Program-made: the position numbers and the translations under genes
Shown: positions 12,602 through 22,757 of the stretch, in pieces
How the letters are laid out: every line of letters starts with the position of its first letter
Numbering within the stretch: position 1 is the stretch's first letter
The notes under the pieces: generated by a model
What the model saw: the letters and a program-made list of their open reading frames with translations, nothing else
What the model was told of the DNA's origin: nothing
Database searches by the model: none
NCBI RefSeq assembly: GCF_000002075.1
Contig: NW_004797369.1
Location: 929,623-982,870 of the forward strand
Direction of reading: 5' to 3'
Origin: Aplysia californica
Lineage: Eukaryota
Length of the DNA stretch: 53,248 bases

Positions 12602-14407
12602 TTATTTCGTCTTTCTGTGGACAAGAAATTGCCATATCCTATAGAAATCATCAAAAACTAGAATCCCAAACACTGGCAAAAACGTGCAGGCAAACACGAC
12701 AAAACCAACTGAAGTGCAGGACGGTCTGGGGTCTATAGCGGATGTTTTACTCCTAAGTTTTCTGGAGAGGTTCGCTTTAGGTACGTGGAGAGACCTCTGG
12801 ATGATGGCAATCTTCGAGGACAAGACTGTTTCATTTAGTAAGTCCTGAAAATTCTTAGAGTCAAGGAGACATGTGCACGGGCACAAATTCCCTGGACGTT
12901 TTGAAACTGGGACTTGAGACGTTTCCTCTAAAGTCTGTGTATGATTGTCGCGAGACGTCGTCACCTCTGTACTCGTCAAATGACGCTCACACGACTCAGT
13001 GTTAGCGTCAGAAGATTTGTAAGTTGGAAGTGAAACAGCCCAGCCGAGGACAGCGTTATCAGCACTAAACATGGAACCACTGAAAGAACAACGCTCACCA
13101 TTCACTTTGATTTTATTCCCAGTTGTAATTGTAGTGATGAAAAATTCTCTAGAGCAATAGCGATGAGTCTCTAGCACTTCAAGCGGTTCAGATGATGTGT
13201 ACACTTTTCCAATAGGCACACTTACATTAATTTCTATTATACATTCGCATAGCGCTGTAATCAAAATGTGGACATTTGTGTCATCAAACATAGCAATCTC
13301 TGAATGAGTGCTCCACTCAGGTATAGGATATAGCACTGCACAGGACGAATCAAAATGGCTTTTACCTGTTCCATTTAAGAGTGGCATAAAATACTGTAGA
13401 ACTAAGATAGGACCAGTGGCGTGCAGGTACGTAACTGTGTCTCCTAACTGAAATGAGAAAAATGTAGAAGTATTTTTAGAAGTGTTTTCTTTCATCTCGA
13501 TATGCTCCAGACCGGAAAGAGTTGTAGACGGAGAGACGTACGCAATTTTGATGAGAGAATCTTTATCGTCATTACGAAAAGGTGCTAAAACATAGTCTTG
13601 CCCTAAAGCAGACACAGGAGGCAATTGCTCTATCATCATATCTTTATAATTGCACGGGACAGTCCTTATAAAAACACAGTCAAAATTCGCTCCAGCGATG
13701 ACAGCTACAGGGCTCTCTGCCCTGACCCAAGTACCTGTTAGGTCAGCTCCTTCACCCAAGATTTGCAGAACATCTAAAGGCTCCAGAGACTCTCGTAAAT
13801 ACTGCCCAGAATAGAAAATTGTTGTCTTTTTGTAAGTGATAGTACTCTCAGCGGGTTCGAAGGCAAACTCGATAGTGACATCATTGAATCCTTCTGAGTT
13901 CACGACGAGAAGGAAAGAAGACAAATGTACACTTTCGGTGACCACTAAATATTCACAGGATAGCAAACTGACGGGCATGACATTGAACGCTCCAGCACTT
14001 TTGCTGGTAGATTCATGTATTTCAAGTTTCAAACTTCTTGCCTGGACGACAACCTGAGAGGTGGAGTTCACTATGATTCCCTGTTTTTTCCCTATGCCAG
14101 TTTTCTTGAAATGAACCAAATGCTCCAGATTAAGCAGCCATTGCTCGTTTGAGACGGACGTAAAGTTGTGTGAATATTTCTGAGTCTGTATTTCACCTGA
14201 TGAAGTCTTACGTGCGGGTGCTGTTACAGTGACCTCGACGTTCTGAACAAAGTCCTGTGAGAGAGGCGAGATGGCCAATGAAGCAACGGCGTGTTTGACA
14301 TGTTTTGGGAACGCTAGAACGTACTGGATTTGCGTCTCACCAAAGATGCCTGAAATAATCGCTGCAAAGCACAAACACCAATGTAATCCTCCAGATGTAG
14401 AGCCCAT
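12602..14407 (-). CDS. IgGFc-binding (FCGBP N-terminal-like) domain type I membrane protein, paralog 1 (601 aa)
   Basis: Uninterrupted ORF. The ATG at 14407 is aligned with the paralog starts (an in-frame upstream ATG at 14449 is also possible). Signal peptide MGSTSGGLHWCLCFAAIISGIFG. FCGBP-N-like motifs DLTGTWVRAESPVAVIAG and C...MIEQLPPVSALGQDY. TM VGFVVFACTFLPVFGILVF. Confidence 0.9.
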   Translation of the reverse strand: MGSTSGGLHWCLCFAAIISGIFGETQIQYVLAFPKHVKHAVASLAISPLSQDFVQNVEVTVTAPARKTSSGEIQTQKYSHNFTSVSNEQWLLNLEHLVHFKKTGIGKKQGIIVNSTSQVVVQARSLKLEIHESTSKSAGAFNVMPVSLLSCEYLVVTESVHLSSFLLVVNSEGFNDVTIEFAFEPAESTITYKKTTIFYSGQYLRESLEPLDVLQILGEGADLTGTWVRAESPVAVIAGANFDCVFIRTVPCNYKDMMIEQLPPVSALGQDYVLAPFRNDDKDSLIKIAYVSPSTTLSGLEHIEMKENTSKNTSTFFSFQLGDTVTYLHATGPILVLQYFMPLLNGTGKSHFDSSCAVLYPIPEWSTHSEIAMFDDTNVHILITALCECIIEINVSVPIGKVYTSSEPLEVLETHRYCSREFFITTITTGNKIKVNGERCSFSGSMFSADNAVLGWAVSLPTYKSSDANTESCERHLTSTEVTTSRDNHTQTLEETSQVPVSKRPGNLCPCTCLLDSKNFQDLLNETVLSSKIAIIQRSLHVPKANLSRKLRSKTSAIDPRPSCTSVGFVVFACTFLPVFGILVFDDFYRIWQFLVHRKTK

Positions 14408-17400
14408 TATAATAAAAGGATTGTGAAAAGAACTTCTTTCAAGATCCATGCTACGTCTGGTGTGGATGACGCATCCAATGTTGCAATAGACTCTGGATCT
14501 ATAACATTATTATTCTTAGCTACGGTGAGCGTACTGCCGCATACTATATGGTTCTTGTCTAGTTATTCGTAACCAAACCAAGCATTAGCGTCTGCATAAC
14601 AGGTGTCTTTTGACTTCCGACAGTTAAGTAACACAAGCGTAGGCGTAGGTCGTTGGTGGGCAATGTGGTGCGATTTTCTCCTTCTTTCATATCAAGCATC
14701 TGTCTCCATTATCTCTACAACTGCTTTTCTTTGTAAGTTACTCTCTCTAGCAACACAGTTAATTGTTTGGCTCTTATATGACCTAATTGTTGTGCAAGTG
14801 CCATTAAGCACTTACCAAAACTAAACTAAAAATAAAGAATCCCCAATTTAAGTCTTATGCCCAGGTTCCAGGCAGGAGAATGATTTGGCTCACAGTTCCT
14901 ACCGTATACATGCACAATTCTGAATGGCTATGAGCTTCTAATAGTAGACAACGGGGATCAGGTGTATCTATTTGTTATCTCATCAAGTATTGGTGAGGCT
15001 ACGAGCATACCTCAAGTCTTTTTTCAATTTTAACCACCTAGTTACAGAAGCGCGAGTCACTAAATCACAATGAGCCTTTTGACGCGGAAAACGATGATCA
15101 GCACGAGAGTTTGTTCGTTATCACACCAACTGTTAGTTTGTCTTTATAACTGGTTCCTTATTACTTCGAACTCCACAGTGCGAAAGCATTTGTCAGGTCA
15201 CGAGTTCCAGTGTAATAATAAAACACACACAATCCTAAATCACTACGAACCCATTGTCGTAGACAGTACAGATGTAGTCTATGTGTTTGTCATCATCATG
15301 TATCTTTGTGATTTCATAACTGATGAACATTTACGACGAAATCCTAGATACACAGATATTAGTCAAAAGCTCAGGCACCAGGCGGGGTTGCCGGCAGGTG
15401 GCTGATTTGTTGGTGTTTTCTACACATCGATCTGGCCCGCCTCCTCTCCACTTACGCGCACACTGCAGATGTGATTCCTTTTCAATTTAGTGCAGTGGTT
15501 TATCGCAAACCGCCAAGCAGAAACGTTTTTTTTTATTTGGGGGGGGGGGGGGGGGGGGGAGGGACTCACAGAAGAAGTGACAACGGCACAGATGAGATCT
15601 TTTTCCTGACCTATTTGACCTATTATGCTCGCCTGGTGTTTCCACTATCAGTGCAACCAATATTGGGGCAGCTATGACGTCATGCACGAAAGACGATTTT
15701 TGTTTATTAAGAAGGAAGACCCCATCTAGACCTTTACCGAAAAAGAAATAACACCGCCTGCATGCAGATGTGTTTGATATTCTGTGTAAATTTAAACCTG
15801 TTATATACATGCATATAATTCTGGTGGAGTCGACATTAGCGAAACTTTTCGTAAGAAACCACTGACTCTATAGGACTCAAAATTTAAAATGAAGGCAGCA
15901 TTCAGTACCCCTAAGAGCACAAGTTTGCCATATTTTCACAATTTAGAACTTAAGAATTTACAAAAATGTAGGTTTCGATAGTTAACATTGTTATAAAACA
16001 CTCTAGAATGAAATCAGTCCTCTATTATCCCACTGTTTAAGATATTATGAGCGTCCGGCGCTCAGTATAAGTTCAAAACTGCGTTGGTAAAAGTTTCCGG
16101 GAATCCCTAAAGCAGTTATGAGAAAAAGGAGGAGGGGATTGGGGAAGGGGGGGGGGGTCCTCCAGTGGCAGATTTGTCAGTTAGCTCAGGCTCATAGTTT
16201 CGTCAAACATGTGTTGATGAAATTGCATTTAGGTGGACAGTTACTGGGAAGAGTCCTTTTGCAAGACACGGTGACCATCGCTTTAAAACAGGGTGCTGCA
16301 CAGCGGCGACCAGCAACGGTAATTATGTGTGAATTGTCTCTTTGTAATGTTGCGTGTTATTCATGCTTATATGTATTTGTGTATTTATGTACCTAATTAT
16401 ATAACAAATTTCCCGAAATGATCAATAAAGATGAATTTATCATTTTTATCCTTTATTTTCTTATTCAGTAGATATAGTATTCCAAGGATAATAGTGACAA
16501 GGAGACTATCGTCAATTGATTAGTTGTGCCTGAAGTGGAGTTCGAAGGCAATGCATGATCGTCTAAGCTCTAGCTCTGGCTCCACGTTATCGTGCTTAAT
16601 GCACGCAGGCAGCTTGTTTCCTTTTCTGATATATTAAAATTACGAACCACGTACCTCATTTTTTTTAAAGCGGCTCTTGGGGTGCCAATGAAATGCTATA
16701 TTTTTCTATATTGTCTAGGGAAGATGGTTATACAATAACCACTGCTGTATTTACTATTGAGCTTACATTATTATGCACTACATATTATGTATATATGAGT
16801 AGATAGCTNNNNNNNNNNNNNNNNNNNNNNNNNNNNNNNNNNNNNNNNNNNNNNNNNNNNNNNNNNNNNNNNNNNNNNNNNNNNNNNNNNNNNNNNNNNN
16901 NNNNNNNNNNNNNNNNNNNNNNNNNNNNNNNNNNNNNNNNNNNNNNNNNNNNNNNNNNNNNNNNNNNNNNNNNGCAATCACCTTTTCAAACAACCACTCT
17001 CCTCCAATGCGAATATAATANNNNNNNNNNNNNNNNNNNNNNNNNNNNNNNNNNNNNNNNNNNNNNNNNNNNNNNNNNNNNNNNNNNNNNNNNNNNNNNN
17101 NNNNNNNNNNNNNNNNNNNNNNNNNNNNNNNNNNNNNNNNNNNNNNNNNNNNNNNNNNNNNNNNNNNNNNNNNNNNNTATGATTAAGANNNNNNNNNNNN
17201 NNNNNNNNNNNNNNNNNNNNNNNNNNNNNNNNNNNNNNNNNNNNNNNNNNNNNNNNNNNNNNNNNNNNNNNNNNNNNNNNNNNNNNNNNNNNNNNNNNNN
17301 NNNNNNNNNNNNNNNNNNNNNNNNNNNNNNNNNNNNNNNNNNNNNNNNNNNNNNNNNNNNNNNNNNNNNNNNNNNNNNNNNNNNNNNNNNNNNNNNNNNN

Positions 17401-20149
17401 NNNNNNNNNNNNNNNNNTATGTGGAATGTGTGACGCGTGATCAGACTTCAGTGTGGAACTGAGGAACCCGCCGCGGTAACGGGGTCAGTCAGAAAGAGAG
17501 CGGACGGTTCAGCAGGAGACAGAGGACACGACGAAGAGAAAACGAGATAAACGGAGGAAAGGAAAAAGCAACCAGTGACAAATTCTTGGGCTAAATATTT
17601 ATCGAACGTTAACGGTCACCTTTCCAAGACAATCACCTGTACAAACGACCACTTTATTAACTCGCCCCCCCCCCTCCCCCCACATTTTTTTCTAGTGACA
17701 TTGACCAAGACTTTTCTTTTCCACAATGGGTGGCCACCTTTGACAATTTAGACTGCAGGGACCAAATCTACGAATTCTCTGATTTGCGAATCCGAACATT
17801 TCGAATCACAGAATAGATCAATCTGAACTGCGAATTCAAATTGTGGATATCTAAGCTCCTGAACTGCACCATGGTTTACTCAGGTATAAAAGCGTCAAAT
17901 CCGCGAAGTTTTTCAGTTGGCGCTACTGTCGCTGTTATGGCGCTCTCTTTCGTTTTTCAAGACAAAAAGTAGCTGATCTTTAGTTTGAAAAACAATTTTT
18001 ATCGTTGTAGTAATTCCGTACTGTGATCAGCCTTCCGTTAAAATGAGTTCTTTTCAACTACTGCACTATGGCCTCTCATGCCCAGTTGAAATTAAATAAA
18101 ACAATCGTCCACCCCTCCCCCTTTCTGCTGAAGACAAAACGCGACAAAAGTCAGCAATTTGCAATTGTTGGTCGTCAGTTCCCATGTCTTAATACTATAT
18201 AAGTCTTAGTAACTTTTTGCGTACTGCAGGACTGCAAAATCGCATTGTAACTGGTCTCCATAAACTCAAAAAACTTTTATAGACTAGATCTATGTTTCTG
18301 ACTAGTTCAAAGTCTGGAAACTTTCTGACCATCTACCCTTGGACAATGTATTGGGATTAACACGATGAAGTCTTCCGTCCCACTGTTCACTCAAACGTCC
18401 GAATATAAAAGAGAAGTGGGCAGTGGCGTCAATAAATTGAGATCTTACCATGTTATTGATATAATAATAATTTACATTAGGCTGTTTCACATGCTGCTAC
18501 ATTCATCCTAATTGCATAATAACATTCGACCTTAAAATTTGTGTTGCACGAAACAGCGAGAAGAGCGTGGTAACAAAGCTTCCCTGATATATAATTTCCT
18601 TTAATTTTTCCTATAGTAAGCTGTTCACAAATTCCCTGGAGGTGCCTTCGGCAATTTTGAGGATTTTTATAAAGTTTCCCAAGGAGAGAAGTGAATTATC
18701 TTGCGGTGTAAAATATTTGTGGGGTAATAGTAAAGACAGTATTCCTCGACGAAAGCTCGTCACCTGCGCATATAGACCTAGCTTAGTCCCGCTGTTCCTT
18801 TGCCGCTCCTCGGTACATTTGACTAGGGACAAGGGCAACTGGCATGCTTTTGGGGGTCAAACTGCTTTACTTTTTGCAGCAGATCACACAAATTATGGCT
18901 ACTAAAACTGTTACAAATAAATTGTTTTCAAGAAAACTTGAAACATAACTGCAAAATATCAAACTATGGGGGGTAACAGGGAGAGGGGGTGGAGGGTGCC
19001 CCACTCCCCCGAAACCCCCAAGATTATTTTTACCAAGGGGGGGGGGTACCCAATACCTCTCTTTTAAATTCTCTGGACTGGCCAAAAGCTCGGAAAAAAA
19101 CTACGCAATGAAATGAAGCATAGCGTAGTTCGACAACATCGTGAGGCAGCGTGGAGAAATCAGGCTGTCGTCAAAATAATGAAAGCGAAGAAACTGGCAT
19201 TTTGCCACAGGTTTGGGAAGTTTTATCGAATTTTTGCTATTTGGCTCAACATCTTTCATGCCCATTAAAGAACACATTTCTGTGTTGATTTTCCTGAGAA
19301 AAAAAAGTTGAATAAAGGCATAATAGATGTACATTTTCAGTTTCCACGGACTCTAAAGCTGGGGAAATAATGAAACTTGCGGGGATTTTCTCACTAATTT
19401 TACCTCTGAAACCAGGCGACCCCCACCTCCTCCAAACGCCAATATCTTGACTTCTATTCAAGATAAATGGATGTTTCATCCATCAAACGCAAGGCAAATG
19501 GACAGGTTTTAAGATGATACCGATAACTCCATATGCCCCCCTAACTGACGAGCGCCTGATTCCGCCGTGTCGTCTACCGTTTTGCCCAGTTTCTCTATAA
19601 AGTTACTTTGTAACTATCAAAGGAGGGATTTATTACAGCGTACACATAATGGTAGCCCTTGATACGGTAGTGGGAGAAGTGGGTGACGTTAAATTCACTA
19701 CTTCCATTTGTGGATATCAAACAAAACAACCAATCGCACTGAAGGAAATAGTACGCAACTTCCGGTATAGCGGAAGTTCACAGTCCGGTTAAATGGTGTT
19801 AATTCGTTCCCCCGCCATCGATTTGAATCAGTTGTCAAAACACGTTCCACTGGCAAACATAGACTTAGTTCTTGTTATGTGTTTTGTTTAACCTCCAAAC
19901 ATAATTGGGTAAAAATAAACTTTAACCTTCGATTCAGAATTTACTGCAACAACTGTGCTCATCCAGGATATCCACTTTTCTTATTGCCACAATTTGGTTG
20001 CCAAGACCAATAAATCGCTCTTGGGGATAACCCAAGCGATGACGACACTCGTAGGGAGTTTGGCGGTACATTAATATTAATAAGACGGCACATCTCAAAT
20101 GTGCTCCTGCCGAACAGTTCCGAAAAATAGCCCGCAGTAGGCAGTCTAA

Positions 20150-20492
20150 AAATAGATAGCATTTGTAGAGCGCAAATCTCCGCTCAACAGCAAGCTCTAT
20201 GCGCTTCACAATCTATACTATTACCCCAGCAGACCTGAGTGCATTCTGAAACGAACTCAACTTCCTGGGAAGCATACAGTGCAAGCAGCCATTTCTAGGC
20301 GCTAAAACACTAACATACTGACAAGATCTTTCGCTGTCTATGGCCGGGTACTCATTTCCACCAGGGTGAAGTGAGGAAAATTCGTGTAAAGTGCCTTTCC
20401 CAAGGACACAACGTCTGGCCCATGGCTCGAACCCCCGACCCCGCAACCTCACGATTACGAGTCCGGTAGCCTAACCCCTAGGACACCGACGC
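20150..20492 (-). mobile_element. tRNA-derived CORE-like SINE with L2-like 3' tail
   Basis: Minus strand: A-box-like GGTGTCCTAGGGGTTAG, B box GGTTCGAGCC, CORE-like TTGTGTCCTTGGGAAAGGCACTTTAC...CCTCACTTCACCC...AAATGAGTACCCGG, and tail TGTGAAGCGC...GCGCTCTACAAATG. Confidence 0.75.
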
Positions 20493-21429
20493 AATAGACC
20501 GTACGTTCTTCTTTGCCGATATTATGTGAGCCCTGGAGCAATCCAGCGGAGTGCTCAAGTGAATTGAGATTGGTTCATTGTCTGTCTTGCCACTAGCCTA
20601 TTTTAAGTGACTCTGTGACCGTGAACCTGAGGGAGGTGAACGTCCTATGCGTTGTACCTTTGAATCGTTTTGTAGTGGAGTGGTGAAAGTTATTACTTGA
20701 GAGTTCAGTTCCAATACAGGATGAACGAAATTGATGTTTAGCTACAAACAAATTTATTACTTGAAATCAAAGCGACAAGTAAAAATAATGAACATAAAAG
20801 CACGAGGTCCTCACTCACCAACCCAAAGACCCTAAAATTATACACCGTCTCATTTACTATGCCCTTGACTAGCTTCATCATGTGATAGATTAATTGTGCC
20901 CGTCCACTTTTTACCCCCACGAGCCGCCTCTGAATTTTGTTTGCTATTTATACTATATTGAAAACACATGAAACTCTTGTGCCTGCACACTCATGATTAC
21001 TCCCTGAGGCCCCCAACTCTTGAACACTGAAGCAATTCCTCTCAAATGTGCAAAATACTCATTTTGAGTCATGACGACCATTTCTATATGATTGTCTTTC
21101 CCGGGATTATTTATTGGTTTTCTTTTGTGCAGATTGCGGTCTACAGCCAGGAATATAACTCTTTTCCTGAAAGTCTGAAAGGGTCTGGGAGAACAAAATA
21201 TATCACCCCCCCCCCCTCCGATTTCATAGCGAAATACTCACCTAAAATTCCACTTTAAAGGTTTAAAAAAGAAGCACAATAAACCTATATTATGAAGATA
21301 TGATAAGATAAGATAAGATACGATAAGATACGATAAGATAACATACGATTTTAGTATGTCCACAAAGAGGACTCTGCAATCACATGGTAAATGAATACTT
21401 GCACACGCCAACTCAAACACAATCATAAA

Positions 21430-21445
21430 CATACACAAACACACA

Positions 21446-21519
<74 letters not shown>

Positions 21520-21523
21520 ACAC
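21430..21523. repeat. (CA)n microsatellite
   Basis: Directly visible. Confidence 0.95.
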
Positions 21524-22757
21524 CCATACTTATANNNNNNNNNNNNNNNNNNNNNNNNNNNNNNNNNNNNNNNNNNNNNNNNNNNNNNNNNNNNNNNNNN
21601 NNNNNNNNNNNNNNNNNNNNNNNNNNNNNNNNNNNNNNNNNNNNNNNNNNNNNNNNNNNNNNNNNNNNNNNNNNNNNNNNNNNNNNNNNNNNNNNNNNNN
21701 NNNNNNGGACGTGCACAATTATTTTTTTGTTGTTATCTCACAAATTACAAAGAAAGACGGAAAAGCTCACAATGATGATGATACGAAAGAATTTTTATTC
21801 ATGTTGATATTCACTTGAGAAAATGACTAACCATCAATGTCTATTAGATGTGAGGTATTCTGAATTTAATTGCAAGGATCTTCTTTGCTGCTTCCAGAAA
21901 ATTAATATTGTGGAACTCATAATATCATTACTTTAAAATTACAAAGTTCTATCTGACATTTTTGACCGTTTTGTATTACTAAGACCACGAGGTTGGAAAC
22001 CAAAGTACTATCTGCTCTAAAAGAATCGTAAGATTATTCGGAGTTGTTAATCAAGATATCCAGAGAATTGCTTTCGAAAAAGTTTGATACGTCGTGAAAC
22101 TAAATAATTTTAACTTGCAAATTTATACCATCGTCCACTTAGAGCCTGGGTTGGCCCTGACAGGCAGAATTGATTAGGTAAATAAGGTCGATTAGGGTTT
22201 GCAATATACCATTATTATAACCCTGGAAACGAACTCATTCATGATCTATCACGCATTACTATGATGTAGCTTGAGTTAAAAGTTGTGTTTTTTCTTTTTT
22301 GGGTGGGGGGGGGGGCTGTGTTTTCTGTTGTTCTTTTTGTTTTTCTCAATAGAACCACCTGTCACACTTTCCACGTCTGTGGTCGATGGAGGGGGTTAAA
22401 TTATGTCTACAAACCTACATCTAGGCAACACCTTAAAACTACGCCACTCAAAGCTTTTGAGGAGGAAAGATAAAAAGAGAAATACAAAAACGATTTTTTG
22501 AGCGAAATGTTAATTTTAAACGCAAACAACACATCTTTTTCATACTTATTTCTTTGACCCTAGCAGATCCGAATACTCACATAGANNNNNNNNNNNNNNN
22601 NNNNNNNNNNNNNNNNNNNNNNNNNNNNNNNNNNNNNNNNNNNNNNNNNNNNNNNNNNNNNNNNNNNNNNNNNNNNNNNNNNNNNNNNNNNNNNNNNNNN
22701 NNNNNNNNNNNNNNNNTTTTGTTCTTCTTTATTTGGGGGGAAGGGGTGGTCTTTGAG

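Noticed and set aside
12602-14407. Assigning the symbol FCGBP
   Set aside because: Only the N-terminal-like domain is shared; there are no vWD/C8/TIL repeats and the proteins are membrane-anchored, so orthology is unsupported.
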